64,000 nt of DNA from Candidatus Rokuibacteriota bacterium (GCA_044869815.1 JBIOXS010000156.1:3092-67091), one strand, 5' to 3'. Shown: positions 26,005 to 38,968, counted from the first letter of the stretch. Notes: generated by a model from the letters alone, not told the origin. A program made the numbers and translations.

Positions 26005-27402
26005 CTACCCTCCGAAGAGCTTGAATGCGCCGAGACGATTCAAGTCGTTCCAGAGCGCGTACACCATCAAGAGCATGAGCAGGACGAAGCCGAGCTGCTG
26101 CGCGGCCTCGCGCTTCTTGAGCGAGAGCGGACGACCGAGGATCGCCTCGATGACGAAGAAGAAGAGATGGCCGCCGTCGAGCATGGGCACGGGTAGCAGG
26201 TTCAGCACCGCCAGATTCACGCTGATGACGGCCGTGAAGAGGGCGAGCGAGCCCACGCCTTCCTTCGCCTGGCGTCCGGCCTCGGTGGCGATCTGGATCG
26301 GGCCGCCGATGTTCGACGAGTCCATCTGGCGCGACACGAGCTTCCAGAGACCCTTGACGGTGAGCGTGGTCATGTCCCACGTCCGCTGCACGCCGTAGAC
26401 GACGGCGTACACCGGGTTGTACGCCTCGAAGCGGACCGCCTTGGTGGCGATGCCGGCCTGGATCTTGCCGACCACGATCTCCTCGCCGGTCGCCGTCTTG
26501 TCCTTGGCCGCGTCGGGGGTGACCTTCAGCACGAGCCGCTTGCCCTCACGCTCGACGGCGATGTCGAACGGCTGGCCGGGTCGGGTGCGGATGGCCTCCA
26601 CCAGATCCTCCGGCGTGTAGACCGGCTGTCCGGCCACCGCCACCGCGACGTCGCCGGGCTGAAGGCCCGCCCGTGCCGCCGGCGAGTCGCTCGCCACGGA
26701 GCTGATCTGCGGAATCAGCTGGGGACCGGCGCCGATGTCCCAGACCTCGCGCGCCTCCTTGAAGATCGGATCGGTGACGGCCTTGCGACGCGGCGACATC
26801 GTGAGCGCCTGCTCGGCGCCTTCGCGGCGGACGCGGAGCGTCAGCGGGCGGCCATTCGAGTCGGCCACCGCGCGCTCGAGGTCCTCCCAGTAGGCGATGG
26901 GCTTGCTATTGACCACGGTGATGACGTCGCCGGTGCGCAGACCGGCGGCGGCCGCCGGGCTGGCCTCGGCGACTTTTCCGACCGCCGGCGGCCAGACCGG
27001 ACGACCGACCGTGCCGAGCACCGCGGCGAAGACGGCCGCCGCCAAGACGAAGTTCATGCCGGGTCCCGCGAAGACGATCAGAAAGCGCGCCCACAGCGGC
27101 TTGAGCGCGAACGCCTTCTGCGCGTCGAACGGCAAGGCGGCGCCGCCTTCGAGCGGATTCTCCTCGCCCATCATCTTGACGTAGCCGCCCATCGGAATGG
27201 CCGACAGGACGTACTCCGTCTCCTTTCCGCGCCAGCGTAGGAGGACGGGCCCGAAGCCGATGGAGAAGCGCTCGACGCCGACGCCGCACCAGCGCGCGAC
27301 GAAGAAATGGCCGAGCTCGTGAATGAGGATCAGGATGCCGATGACGACGACGAACGACACAATCATCTCGATCGGCCCACCGCGCGACAGGATATTACCC
27401 AC
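26005..27402 (-). CDS. rseP: RIP metalloprotease RseP with PDZ domains
   Basis: IHELGH, GGYVKM, FAGPGMN, two PDZ repeats, NLLPVPMLDGG. Confidence 0.95.
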   Translation of the reverse strand: MGNILSRGGPIEMIVSFVVVIGILILIHELGHFFVARWCGVGVERFSIGFGPVLLRWRGKETEYVLSAIPMGGYVKMMGEENPLEGGAALPFDAQKAFALKPLWARFLIVFAGPGMNFVLAAAVFAAVLGTVGRPVWPPAVGKVAEASPAAAAGLRTGDVITVVNSKPIAYWEDLERAVADSNGRPLTLRVRREGAEQALTMSPRRKAVTDPIFKEAREVWDIGAGPQLIPQISSVASDSPAARAGLQPGDVAVAVAGQPVYTPEDLVEAIRTRPGQPFDIAVEREGKRLVLKVTPDAAKDKTATGEEIVVGKIQAGIATKAVRFEAYNPVYAVVYGVQRTWDMTTLTVKGLWKLVSRQMDSSNIGGPIQIATEAGRQAKEGVGSLALFTAVISVNLAVLNLLPVPMLDGGHLFFFVIEAILGRPLSLKKREAAQQLGFVLLMLLMVYALWNDLNRLGAFKLFGG

Positions 27403-27405
27403 GGT

Positions 27406-28572
27406 TCACCCCTTGGCCCGCATGTCGACCCAGCCGCCGACGCGACGGCGCGTGCGCGCATCGACGTCGACGCAGGCCTCGATGGAGGCGAGCGCGGCGG
27501 CCGGCTCGGCGCCGAGCGCGCGCTCGATGAGTTCAGTGATCTCGGTGAAGGCGATGCGACGCTCCAGGAATGCCGCCACGGCGACCTCGTTGGCCGCGTT
27601 GAGCACGACGGGCGAGGCGCCCCCGGCCTCCAGGGCCGCGCGCGCGAGCCGCAACGCCGGAAAGCGCTCGGTATCCGGCTCCTCGAACGTGAGCGACCCC
27701 GTCCGCGTGAGGTCCAGGCGCGCGGCCGGCGTCGGCCGCCGCTCCGGATAGGTGAGCGCGTAGAGGATCGGGATGCCCATGTCGGCCACGCCCAGCTGGG
27801 CGAGGACGGAGCCATCGATGTACTCGACCATGGAGTGCACGATCGATTGCGGATGCACGATCACCTGCACCTGACTGGGCGCCAGATCGAAGAGCCAGCG
27901 CGCCTCGATGATCTCGAGGCCCTTGTTCATCAGCGTGGCGGAGTCGATGGTGATCTTCGCGCCCATCTTCCACGTCGGGTGCCGCAGCGCGTCCTCCACC
28001 GTGACCGTCGCGAACTTCTCCTTCGGCAGCTCCCGGAACGGCCCGCCCGAGGCGGTCAGGAGCACGCGATGCACGTCACCCCGATTGTGCCCCACCAGAC
28101 ACTGGAAGACGGCGCTGTGCTCGGAGTCGACGGGCAGCAGCGCGACGCCGCGTGCGCGCGCTTCGGCGGTCATCAAGGCGCCCGCCATCACCAGCGTCTC
28201 CTTGTTGGCGAGCGCCATCGTGCGGCCGGCCTTGATGGCGGCCATCGTTGGCAGCAGCCCGACGCCGCCGACCAGCGCCGAGAGGACGACGTCGGCCTCG
28301 ACGTCGCGCGCCAGAGCCACCAGCCCGTCGATGCCGCTCAGGAGCTCCGGACGCGGCGGCGGCAGCAGGCGCGCGAGGGCGTCGACGGCGGCCGGCTCCA
28401 GGAGCGCGACCGCCGCCGGCGCGTACTTGCGGCACAGGTCCGCGATCAGCTCCGGATTCGAGCCGCGCGCCGCCATGCCCGCCACGCCGAGCTCCTCCGG
28501 AAACGCCGAAACGATCTCCAGCGTTCTGAGGCCGATCGAGCCGGTCGCGCCGAGCAGGGTGACGCGCTTCAT
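27406..28572 (-). CDS. dxr: 1-deoxy-D-xylulose-5-phosphate reductoisomerase
   Basis: LLGATGSIG, LANKE, PVDSEHSA, HPTWKMG.KITIDSAT.MNKG; ATG 28572. Confidence 0.97.
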   Translation of the reverse strand: MKRVTLLGATGSIGLRTLEIVSAFPEELGVAGMAARGSNPELIADLCRKYAPAAVALLEPAAVDALARLLPPPRPELLSGIDGLVALARDVEADVVLSALVGGVGLLPTMAAIKAGRTMALANKETLVMAGALMTAEARARGVALLPVDSEHSAVFQCLVGHNRGDVHRVLLTASGGPFRELPKEKFATVTVEDALRHPTWKMGAKITIDSATLMNKGLEIIEARWLFDLAPSQVQVIVHPQSIVHSMVEYIDGSVLAQLGVADMGIPILYALTYPERRPTPAARLDLTRTGSLTFEEPDTERFPALRLARAALEAGGASPVVLNAANEVAVAAFLERRIAFTEITELIERALGAEPAAALASIEACVDVDARTRRRVGGWVDMRAKG

Positions 28573-29378
28573 GCGCAGCCCACCAGACGCGAGAAGTAGT
28601 AGAACGCCGGCAGGTTGAAGAGCAGGCTGTCGATGCGGTCGAGCACGCCGCCATGGCCGGGGATGATGCCGCCGGTATCCTTGGTGCCGACGCTGCGCTT
28701 GATGACCGACTCCGTGAGATCGCCCACCTGCCCGACGACGCCCAGCAGCGCGCCGCCGGCGAGGGCGGTCGCCACGCCGCAAGCTGGCAGCAGCCAGGCG
28801 CCCAGGGCGGCCCCGGTCAGCACCGAGGCGGCGACCTGCGCGATGGCGCCCTCGACGGTCTTGCGAGGGCTGATGACCGGCGCGAGCTTGCGGCGACCGA
28901 GCGTCGACCCGACCACGTAGGCCATGGTCTCGCCGATCCACGTCACCCCGACAACAAAAAGGATGAGCTCGTCGCCGCGCGGGACGCTCCGCTGGAGCAG
29001 AATGCCGTAGCCGAGCAGCCAGCCGATATAGAGCACGGCCAGGAGCGTGTTGGCGGCCGGCTCCGTCGCCGGCGGCGCGCCGCGCCAGAGCGGCGCCGCC
29101 AGCGCGGCCGCCACCGCGACGGCCAGGACGAAGGCCGGCACCGCGAACGGATCGCCCGTTCGAGAGGCGCCGAAGGCGGCGGTCACGGCCGTTCCCGCCG
29201 CCACGGCGATCGCGCGGTGCACGGGCCGGCCACCGGCCTGCAGCATCCGCGTCAGCTCCCACAGCGCCGTCGCGCTGGCCACGGCCACGAGCGCGTCGAA
29301 CAGGTAGTTCGGAGCCTGGATCACGATCAGCAGGAACACCGGCAAGAGCACGATCGCGCTCGCCAGACGTCTCACCAT
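28569..29378 (-). CDS. cdsA: phosphatidate cytidylyltransferase
   Basis: ISPRKTVEG, GDL.ES..KRS.G.KD.G.IIPGHGG.LDRIDS; start ATG 29378 or GTG 29432. Confidence 0.94.
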   Translation of the reverse strand: MVRRLASAIVLLPVFLLIVIQAPNYLFDALVAVASATALWELTRMLQAGGRPVHRAIAVAAGTAVTAAFGASRTGDPFAVPAFVLAVAVAAALAAPLWRGAPPATEPAANTLLAVLYIGWLLGYGILLQRSVPRGDELILFVVGVTWIGETMAYVVGSTLGRRKLAPVISPRKTVEGAIAQVAASVLTGAALGAWLLPACGVATALAGGALLGVVGQVGDLTESVIKRSVGTKDTGGIIPGHGGVLDRIDSLLFNLPAFYYFSRLVGCA

Positions 29379-29433
29379 GCCGTGGCCTCCGAGTGCGCCG
29401 AGCGTCGCACGAGACTGGAGCGCGGTGACCACG

Positions 29434-30183
29434 TCACACTCCACCGAAGCGACGGTTGCGGCCCTGGAAGTCGGCCACCGCACGATAGAGGTCGGCCGGC
29501 CCGAAGTCCGGCCACAGCGTCGGCGTGATCCAGAGCTCCGTGTAGGCGATCTGCCACAGCAGGAAGTTCGACACGCGCATCTCGCCGCTGGTGCGGATGA
29601 GGAGGTCGGGGTCCGGTACGCCGTCGGTGTAGAGGGCGCCGCTCACGTCGGCCTCCGAGATCCTCTCGGGCTCCAGGTCGCCCGTTTGCACGCGCCGCGC
29701 CAGCGCCCGGAAGGCGTCGAGCAGCTCGTCGCGGCCGCCGTAGTTGAATGCCACCAGCAGCGTCAGCCCGGTGTTCTTCTCCGTCTCGGCCACCACGTGC
29801 TCGAGGCCGCGCCGCACGGGCAGCGGCACGCCGGCAGTGCGCCCGATGACGCGTAGCCGCACGTTGTTGTCCATCAGCGCGGGGAGCTCGCGGTAGATCG
29901 ACTCCTCGAGCAGCCGCATGAGCATGGTGACCTCGTCCTCGGGGCGGTTCCAGTTCTCCGTCGAGAACGCGTACAGGGTCAGGTAGCGGAGGCCGATGGT
30001 GTCGGCGGCGCGCACGATCGCGCGGGCGGCCTTGACGCCCTCGCGATGCCCGGCCACCCGCGGCAGCCCGCGCGCGGTCGCCCAGCGGCCGTTGCCGTCC
30101 ATGATGATGGCGACGTGCGCCGGCCGCGGCTGGGCGCGCACCTCCTCCAGGAGCTTCGTCTCGCCGGACGCGGTGACCGACAT
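29434..30183 (-). CDS. uppS: isoprenyl transferase (undecaprenyl diphosphate synthase)
   Basis: HVAIIMDGNGRW, YAFSTENWNRP, NYGGR.E, PDLLIRTSGE.RVSNFLLWQ. Confidence 0.97.
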   Translation of the reverse strand: MSVTASGETKLLEEVRAQPRPAHVAIIMDGNGRWATARGLPRVAGHREGVKAARAIVRAADTIGLRYLTLYAFSTENWNRPEDEVTMLMRLLEESIYRELPALMDNNVRLRVIGRTAGVPLPVRRGLEHVVAETEKNTGLTLLVAFNYGGRDELLDAFRALARRVQTGDLEPERISEADVSGALYTDGVPDPDLLIRTSGEMRVSNFLLWQIAYTELWITPTLWPDFGPADLYRAVADFQGRNRRFGGV

Positions 30184-30749
30184 CAGATCGACATGATCTC
30201 CTGCTCCTTCTTCTTCAGGAGCTCCTCGATCCGCGCGATGAACTTGTCGGTCGTCTTCTGGATCTGATCGTGGCCGCGACGCTCGTCGTCCTCCGTGATC
30301 GGCGCCTTCTTGTCCTTCACCATCGCCTTGAGCTTGTCGTTGGCCTCGCGGCGAACGTTGCGCACGGCCACCCGGGCATCCTCGGCCATCTTGCCGACCT
30401 GCTTGACGAGCTGCTTGCGTCGCTCCTCGGTCGGCGTCGGCATGGTGAGCCGGATGAGCTTGCCGTCGTTGACGGGCTGGATGCCGAGATCGGCCTTGGT
30501 GATGGCCTTCTCGATCTCCTTCAGCTGCGAGGCCTCCCACGGCTGGATGACGAGCGTGCGCGCATCGGGTGTGGACACCGAGGCCATCTGGTTGATGGGC
30601 GTCGGGTTGCCGTAGTAGTCGACGCGGATCGGGTCGAGCAGCGCCGTCGATGCCCGTCCGGTGCGGACGGAGGCGAAGTCCTTGCCGAGGGCGTCGATGG
30701 CGCTGGTCATCCGCGCTTCCATGTCCTTGAGGACCGTCTGCGTCTGCAT
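30183..30749 (-). CDS. frr: ribosome recycling factor
   Basis: VRTGRAS, VDYYG, PTEERRK.L.K, RNVRR. Confidence 0.97.
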   Translation of the reverse strand: MQTQTVLKDMEARMTSAIDALGKDFASVRTGRASTALLDPIRVDYYGNPTPINQMASVSTPDARTLVIQPWEASQLKEIEKAITKADLGIQPVNDGKLIRLTMPTPTEERRKQLVKQVGKMAEDARVAVRNVRREANDKLKAMVKDKKAPITEDDERRGHDQIQKTTDKFIARIEELLKKKEQEIMSI

Positions 30750-30758
30750 GTGTCCTCC

Positions 30759-32871
<2,113 letters not shown>

Positions 32872-32883
32872 GCATCCTCCTTC

Positions 32884-32950
32884 GGTTGGCCTCCGCCGCG
32901 CAACGACGCCCCCATGGGCGTCGACCTCAGGCGCGCGGCGTGTGTAGTGG
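32884..32950 (-). ncRNA. rpsB (S2/t44-type) leader RNA
   Basis: Minus strand ACACAC at the 5' end, stem CGCCGCGC...GCGCGGCG with inner GACGCCC hairpin, then GGAGGCCAACC, as in S2 autoregulatory leaders. Confidence 0.7.
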
Positions 32951-32956
32951 GAACGA

Positions 32957-34195
32957 TTACGTCGTGTACTTCCCGTTGATCCGGACGTACTCCTCGCTCA
33001 GGTCGCAGGTCCAGACACGCTCCTCGGCGCGGCCGATGCCGAGGTCGATGACGATCTCGAGGGCCTGTCGTCCCATGATCTCGCGAACGCGGTCCAGGCG
33101 CACGCCCTCGCGCAGCATCCCCCGCTCGACGAGCCGCTCGCTCTGCCCGTCCTCCCCGCCGAACGCGATCGAGACCTTGTCCTGCTCCACGCGGGCGGCC
33201 GCCTTGCCGAGCGCCATCATGATGCGGCCCCAGTTGGGATCGGCACCGTTGATGGCCGTCTTCACGAGCGGCGAGTTGGCGACGCTGCGGGCGGCCACCA
33301 GCGCGTCGCGGCGGCTGGCGGCGCCGCGCACGGTCACCGAGACGAGCTTGGTCGCGCCTTCCCCGTCCTGCACGAGCATGCGCGCCAGGCGCGCCACCAG
33401 CGTGTCGAGGGCCACCGCGAAGTCGCGCATTCCGCGGGCGCCCTTGTCGAGCGGCGCGTTCTCGGCGAGCCCGTTGGCGATGACGGCCACCGTGTCGCTC
33501 GTGGACTGATCGCTGTCCACGGTGATCCGGTTGAACGAGCGGTCGACGGAGCGCTTGAGGATCGGATCGAGGGCGCCGCGGGCGACGGCCGCATCGGTGG
33601 TGACGAAGCAGAACATCGTGGCCAGGTGGGGCTCGATCATCCCCACGCCCTTGGCCATTCCGCCGAGGGTGACCGTGCGGCCCCCGATCTCGCAGCGCAG
33701 CGCCGCTTCCTTGAGCCGCGTGTCGGTCGTCATGATCGCCTCGGCCGCCTCGCGCCCGCCCTTGGGCGACAGCGATTTGACGAGCTTCGGGATGGCCGCG
33801 CGGATCTTGTCCATCGGCAGCATCTGCCCGATGACGCCGGTCGCCGCGATCAGCACGTGGGAGGGCGGGATGCGCAGCAGCTCGGCTGCCTGCTTGACCA
33901 TCTCGCGCGCGTCCTTCATGCCACGCTCGCCGGTGCAGACGTTGGCGCAGCCGCTCGATGCCACGATCGCCTGCAGCGCGCCGGTGCGAGCGTGCTCCAT
34001 GGAGACGAGCACGGGCGCGCCCTTCACCTGATTGGTCGTGAACACAGCCGCCGAGCGCGCCGGCGAGGGCGAATGAATCAGCGCCAGGTCCTTCTTGCCG
34101 CTCGGCTTGATCCCGGCCGCCACCCCGCCGGCGAGGAACCCGGGCACGGCGGTGACGCCGCCGTCGAGCCAGTCCAGATCGCCGGCCGTCCTCAT
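32957..34195 (-). CDS. argJ: glutamate N-acetyltransferase/amino-acid acetyltransferase
   Basis: [27 protein letters not shown] (autocleavage Thr), DGEGATK, DPNWGRI. Confidence 0.95.
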   Translation of the reverse strand: MRTAGDLDWLDGGVTAVPGFLAGGVAAGIKPSGKKDLALIHSPSPARSAAVFTTNQVKGAPVLVSMEHARTGALQAIVASSGCANVCTGERGMKDAREMVKQAAELLRIPPSHVLIAATGVIGQMLPMDKIRAAIPKLVKSLSPKGGREAAEAIMTTDTRLKEAALRCEIGGRTVTLGGMAKGVGMIEPHLATMFCFVTTDAAVARGALDPILKRSVDRSFNRITVDSDQSTSDTVAVIANGLAENAPLDKGARGMRDFAVALDTLVARLARMLVQDGEGATKLVSVTVRGAASRRDALVAARSVANSPLVKTAINGADPNWGRIMMALGKAAARVEQDKVSIAFGGEDGQSERLVERGMLREGVRLDRVREIMGRQALEIVIDLGIGRAEERVWTCDLSEEYVRINGKYTT

Positions 34196-35256
34196 GGATA
34201 CACGGGAGGCGCGGCCAGTCCGGTCCGCTCGTGCCAGCCGAGCAGCACGTTCAGGTTCTGCACACCGTTCCCGGAGCCGCCCTTGCCGAGATTGTCGATG
34301 GCCGACAGACACGTCGCCCGGCCGGTCCGCGGATCGGCGACGACGCTCACGTCGCAGAAGTTGGAGCCGACCACGGCGCGCGTGGTGGGTCGCTCGCCCT
34401 CGCCGAGAAGGCGCACGAACGGCTCGCCGGCGTAGAACTCGCGGTACACGTCGAGGAGATCGGCCGTGCGCATCGAGGTCGCCAGCGGCACGGACGCCGT
34501 CGTGAACAGCCCGCGGTTGAGCGGAACCAGGTGCGGCGTGAACGCCAGGCGCACCGTTTCGCCGGCCAGCGCCGAGAGCTCCTGCTCCATCTCGGCCGTG
34601 TGCCGATGGCCGGCGATCGCGTACGCCTGAACGTTCTCGTTGGCCTCCGTGTAGAGATACATCGGGTCGATGCTGCGGCCCTGCGCGCCGGCCCCGGTCA
34701 CGCCGGACTTGCCGTCGATCACGATCCCGTCCAGCCTCGCGAGGCCCTGCTTGACGAGCGGCGCCGTCGCCAGGATCGCACCGGCCGCATAGCAGCCGGG
34801 CGAGGCGACCAGCGACGCCTTCTCGATCGCCTTGCGATGGAGCTCGGGCAGCCCGTAGACCGCCTCCGCCAGGCCCGCGGCATCGACGTGCGGCGTCTTG
34901 TACCAGGTCGCGTAGTCCCGGGCGTCGTGGAGACGATAGTCGGCGGAAAGGTCGATGACCTTGCGGCCTCGCGCGCGTAGCACCGGCACCGCCTTCTGCG
35001 ACTCCATGTGCGGCAGCGCCATGAAGGCCACGTCGCAGACCGACGCCAGCCGTTCGGGATCGAGCTCGTGGAAGACGACGTCGGCGAGTCCGCGCAGATG
35101 CGGGTAGACCTTGGCCAGCGGTTGGCCCGCCAGGCGCTCGGAGGTGATCGCCGTCAGCGTGACGTGCGGGTGTACGAGCAGGAGCCGCAGCAGCTCGGCG
35201 CCCATGTAGCCACTGGCGCCGGCCACGGCGACCCGGATGGTGCTCAGCCCCCCCAC
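34192..35256 (-). CDS. argC: N-acetyl-gamma-glutamyl-phosphate reductase
   Basis: GASGYMG, DLSADYRL, YGLPEL, PGCY, SGVTGAG, IDNLGKG; exact start uncertain. Confidence 0.95.
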   Translation of the reverse strand: MGGLSTIRVAVAGASGYMGAELLRLLLVHPHVTLTAITSERLAGQPLAKVYPHLRGLADVVFHELDPERLASVCDVAFMALPHMESQKAVPVLRARGRKVIDLSADYRLHDARDYATWYKTPHVDAAGLAEAVYGLPELHRKAIEKASLVASPGCYAAGAILATAPLVKQGLARLDGIVIDGKSGVTGAGAQGRSIDPMYLYTEANENVQAYAIAGHRHTAEMEQELSALAGETVRLAFTPHLVPLNRGLFTTASVPLATSMRTADLLDVYREFYAGEPFVRLLGEGERPTTRAVVGSNFCDVSVVADPRTGRATCLSAIDNLGKGGSGNGVQNLNVLLGWHERTGLAAPPVYP

Positions 35257-35257
35257 G

Positions 35258-35656
35258 CTAGCGCTTGCTGTACTGGAACTTCTGCCGCGCACCCGGCTGG
35301 CCGTACTTCTTCCGCTCACGCGCGCGCGGGTCGCGAGTCAGCAGTCCGGCCTTCTTGAGCGGCTGGCGCAGCTTCTCGTCGAAGCGGGCGAGGGCGCGGG
35401 CCAGCCCGTGGCGCACGGCGCCGGCCTGCCCGGTGGGCCCGCCGCCCTTCACGGTGACGAGCAGGTCGAATTGACCGACCGTGTTCGTGATCGCGAGCGG
35501 CTGGGCGATGATCATCCGCAGCGTCTCGCGCGGGAAATAATCCTCGAACGCGCGCCTGTTGATCAGGATGCGCCCGGCGCCGGGCTTGATCCACACCCGC
35601 GCGATCGACGTCTTGCGCCGCCCGGTGCCGTAGAAGCGATCGAGCACCGCCGCCAT
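35258..35656 (-). CDS. rpsI: 30S ribosomal protein S9
   Basis: [31 protein letters not shown]...AR..FQYSKR. Confidence 0.98.
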   Translation of the reverse strand: MAAVLDRFYGTGRRKTSIARVWIKPGAGRILINRRAFEDYFPRETLRMIIAQPLAITNTVGQFDLLVTVKGGGPTGQAGAVRHGLARALARFDEKLRQPLKKAGLLTRDPRARERKKYGQPGARQKFQYSKR

Positions 35657-36108
35657 CACCGGGCCTCCGCGGACGACTTGCGCAGGGTGAGCGGGGTTGG
35701 CTGCTGCGCGCTGTGCGGATGCGAGGCGCCGCGGTACACCTTCAGCTTCTTCACCATGGCCCGGCCCAGGCGGTTCTTCGGCAGCATGCCCTGCACGGCC
35801 CATTCGATGACGCGCTCGGGATGCTTTCGCAGCATCTCTTCGGCCGAGACATCCCGCAGACCGCCGATGTAGCCGGTGTGCCAGCGATAGCGCTTGTCCT
35901 TCAGCTTGCGGCCGGTGAGGTGCACCTTCTCGGCGTTGAGGACGACGACGTGGTCACCGACGTCGAGGTGTGGAGCGAAGCTCGGCTTGTGCTTGCCCCG
36001 GAGGATTGTCGCCACCCGCGTGGCCAGCCGACCGAGCACCTGCCCGTCAGCATCCACCACGAACCATTTCCGTTCGACTTCGCTCTCCTTCGGCATCAGC
36101 GTCGGCAT
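35656..36108 (-). CDS. rplM: 50S ribosomal protein L13
   Basis: WFVVDA.G..LGRLA, GKHKP.F.PH.D.GD, GMLPKN.LGR. Confidence 0.98.
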   Translation of the reverse strand: MPTLMPKESEVERKWFVVDADGQVLGRLATRVATILRGKHKPSFAPHLDVGDHVVVLNAEKVHLTGRKLKDKRYRWHTGYIGGLRDVSAEEMLRKHPERVIEWAVQGMLPKNRLGRAMVKKLKVYRGASHPHSAQQPTPLTLRKSSAEAR

Positions 36109-36169
36109 CGTGATTTTCTCGACTCCTCAACGTAAGTGGGCGTCCACACAGAAGAATTTGCAACGTCAT

Positions 36170-36198
36170 ACGGTAAAGGAAAAGGCGAGCCGTGTCAA
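36170..36198 (-). promoter_or_regulatory. sigma70 promoter of rplM-rpsI
   Basis: TTGACA-N17-TACCGT; the -35 box overlaps the nth stop codon. Confidence 0.7.
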
Positions 36199-36854
36199 CC
36201 GCGCGTCTTGTCCGTGAAGGGGCAGAGCGGCCGCACCGGACACACGGGACAGAGCGGCTTGCGGGCCACGCAGACCCGGCGGCCGTGGAAGATCAGCAGG
36301 TGCGAGGCCTGCGTGAGCCGGTCGGCCGGCAAGACCTGCACGAGCTGGTCGTGGATGTCGTCGGGATTCTCAGCCCGGGCCAGACCGAGGCGCTGGGAGA
36401 CCCGAAAGACGTGAGTATCGACGGTCACCGCCTGGCGCCCGAAGGCATTGCCCAGCACGACGTTCGCCGTCTTGAGCCCGATGCCCGGCAGCGCCATGAG
36501 GGCCTCGCGGTCCTCGGGCACCTGTCCGCCGTGGTGGTCGACCAGGCCCCGGGCCATGCCGAGCAGCGCGCGGGACTTCGCCCGAAAGAACCCGGTCGAG
36601 CGGATGTCCTTCTCGAGCGACGGCGTCCGCGCGCGAGCGAGCTCGCGCGCGCTCGGATACTTCTTGAACAGCGACGGGGTGACCATGTTGACGCGCTCGT
36701 CGGTGCATTGCGCCGACAGGATGGTCGCCACCAGCAGCTGATACGGGTCGGCGAAGTTCAGTGCGCACTTGGCGTCGGGGTACGCGCGCGCCAGGAGGTC
36801 GAGAATCTTGCGGGCGCGGGCCTGCCTTCCCGCTCGCGACTCGGGCATGGTCAT
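36195..36854 (-). CDS. nth: endonuclease III
   Basis: LVATILSAQCTD, HhH LPGIG.KTAN, VDTH, C-x6-C-x2-C-x5-C [4Fe-4S] motif. Confidence 0.96.
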   Translation of the reverse strand: MTMPESRAGRQARARKILDLLARAYPDAKCALNFADPYQLLVATILSAQCTDERVNMVTPSLFKKYPSARELARARTPSLEKDIRSTGFFRAKSRALLGMARGLVDHHGGQVPEDREALMALPGIGLKTANVVLGNAFGRQAVTVDTHVFRVSQRLGLARAENPDDIHDQLVQVLPADRLTQASHLLIFHGRRVCVARKPLCPVCPVRPLCPFTDKTRG

Positions 36855-38968
36855 TCTCCGATGCGCAATGCCTGCTCGCTCACGGCGAGGGCGGCGATCT
36901 CGACCGGGAACGGCAGGCCGCTCGTCAGGCGTTGCCCCGGGTCGTAGTCGCGCACGATCCAGTTCACGAGGCTCGTCGGTAGCGGCACCCAGCCGACCGA
37001 CGCCCGCTGGACCTGCAGCGTCATCCGCCGGTCCGCCGCGCCAACGACCCGGACGAGCGCCGATACGTCGGCGCCGGGCAGCCGCGCCGTGACGTAGACC
37101 CCGTCGGCCGTCAATCGCACCCGGGTGCGACGAAACGACTTCAGCTGACCGAGGGTGGCCTGCGCGTCGTCGCCGCTCACCTCCGCCCGCGTCACCCGAA
37201 GTCGACCGACGTCGAGGAGCTCGGCGCGGCCGTCGGCGTCGAGACTGAACGGATTGACGAGGACATCGTCCGCCACCAGCGCCAGGCGGCGGACGCGCAG
37301 TCGCACGGCATCCGGCCGCCGATAGTCGCCAATGACGGCGGAGTCGGCCGACAGCTCGATGCGCTTGACGCGCCCACGGACGATCTCGGCGTCGTGCTCG
37401 ATGCGTAGCGCGAGGTTGTCGACCTCTCGAGCGACACTGCCGAGCCGCCGCCGGATGGCGGCGTCGAGCGCAGCGGCCAGCGCCTCGGGTGGCGTGGCGA
37501 CGCCTCCCGCCAGGCGCCGCACGCGCACCGACGCCGTGGACCCGTCGGGCAGCGGGAACTCTGCGATGATCGGGTACACGCGCGCCAGGGCCGGGTCGCG
37601 CGCGAGTTCCGCCGTCGCGCGCCGACCCGGCTCCGCGGTCCGGCGGGAACCGAGGTCGCCACTCGTCGCGATCACATAGTCGATGCCGATCGGGTCCGTA
37701 TCCCACGCTGAGACGACTCTGAACGGCAGCCGGTCGCGCCGCGCGTAGTACCGGAAATTGTCGGCGGAGAACGACGCGTGGTCGGGCAGCACGCTGAGCG
37801 TGAGGGCCCGGGTGCCGCTGTCGGTCGCGATCGCGCGGAGCACGTCGCGGTGACGCCAGTCGGCGCGACTCGGCGTCGACGGAACGACCCATGGCACCTC
37901 CAGCGCGGGAAGAGCGAACGCGGCCGGCACGCCCCACGCCACCGCGCTGACCTGCACGGCGCCGACGAGGCCGACGCCCACGACGCCGGCCATGCGCGCC
38001 GGCCCCGGCAACGCCGCGACGCTCATGGCGGCGAGCACAGCGGCGGCGGGGAGCAACGGCAGCGTCGCGCGTGTGCGGTCGGTGCGGGCCAGCGCGAGGA
38101 GCGCGAGCGGCACGACGAACGCGACGATGGCGAAGCCGCGGCGGCGCAGGACCGCGACGACGAGGCCGACGAGGAGCAGGACGACGGCCAGCGGTCCCAG
38201 CTGTTGCACGAGGCCGGCGGCATACGGGCTCGACGTCGAGCGCACGCCCTCGGGCGCGCCCTGCATCGGCAGCAGCATCCGCGGTACGTACCACGCCAGG
38301 CTCAGCGCCGCCGCGATGACCACAGCGAGTACGACGTTCCAGAAGGCGCGCCAGTTCCGCGAGAGCACCAGCAGCCACACGACGGGGGCTGCGACGTAGA
38401 GAATGAACAACGGCTTCACCAGCACGCCGATTGCCAGCACGAGGCCCGCCAGCGCCGACATTCCGCTGCGGGTGAAGCGGTCGGTGCGGGACAGGACGAG
38501 GAGCGCCAGCGCCACCATGGCCGCCAGCGGCAGGTCCAGCTGGAACCGCAAGGCGCCGGAGATCACGAGCGGCGAGGCGCCGAAGATCCAGGCGGCGGGA
38601 ACCCCGGCCGCGGCGCCCCCGAGATCCCGAGCCAGGAGATACGTCGCCGCCATGCCGAGGCCGAGCGCGAAGAGGATGATCGCTTGCGCGGCAGCAACGT
38701 CGGAGGGGTAGAGCCGATAGACGGCGCCGGCGGCGCACGAAACGAGAGGCGGCTCGACAACCACGCGGTCGAGGATCGTCGCCCAGCGCCCGCCACCCAG
38801 ACCTTCGGCGCACCGGACTGCGCGCTCGAGCCGCCGTGCGCTGTCCCACGCCGGGGGCCGCCGGTCGATCGCCAGCCATACGGACAGCGTCAGCACGAGC
38901 GCCAGCCAGGCGCCGCCGACGAGCGCCCACTCACGGCGCGCCCCGTCGTTGCCGTTGCGGAGCGTCAT
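36851..38968 (-). CDS. multi-pass membrane protein, probable ArnT/PMT (GT-C) glycosyltransferase with soluble C-terminal domain
   Basis: About 10-12 hydrophobic helices, RRPPAWD loop, LDLPLAAM, LVKPLF; ATG 38968 overlapping HIT stop. Confidence 0.55.
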   Translation of the reverse strand: MTLRNGNDGARREWALVGGAWLALVLTLSVWLAIDRRPPAWDSARRLERAVRCAEGLGGGRWATILDRVVVEPPLVSCAAGAVYRLYPSDVAAAQAIILFALGLGMAATYLLARDLGGAAAGVPAAWIFGASPLVISGALRFQLDLPLAAMVALALLVLSRTDRFTRSGMSALAGLVLAIGVLVKPLFILYVAAPVVWLLVLSRNWRAFWNVVLAVVIAAALSLAWYVPRMLLPMQGAPEGVRSTSSPYAAGLVQQLGPLAVVLLLVGLVVAVLRRRGFAIVAFVVPLALLALARTDRTRATLPLLPAAAVLAAMSVAALPGPARMAGVVGVGLVGAVQVSAVAWGVPAAFALPALEVPWVVPSTPSRADWRHRDVLRAIATDSGTRALTLSVLPDHASFSADNFRYYARRDRLPFRVVSAWDTDPIGIDYVIATSGDLGSRRTAEPGRRATAELARDPALARVYPIIAEFPLPDGSTASVRVRRLAGGVATPPEALAAALDAAIRRRLGSVAREVDNLALRIEHDAEIVRGRVKRIELSADSAVIGDYRRPDAVRLRVRRLALVADDVLVNPFSLDADGRAELLDVGRLRVTRAEVSGDDAQATLGQLKSFRRTRVRLTADGVYVTARLPGADVSALVRVVGAADRRMTLQVQRASVGWVPLPTSLVNWIVRDYDPGQRLTSGLPFPVEIAALAVSEQALRIGE

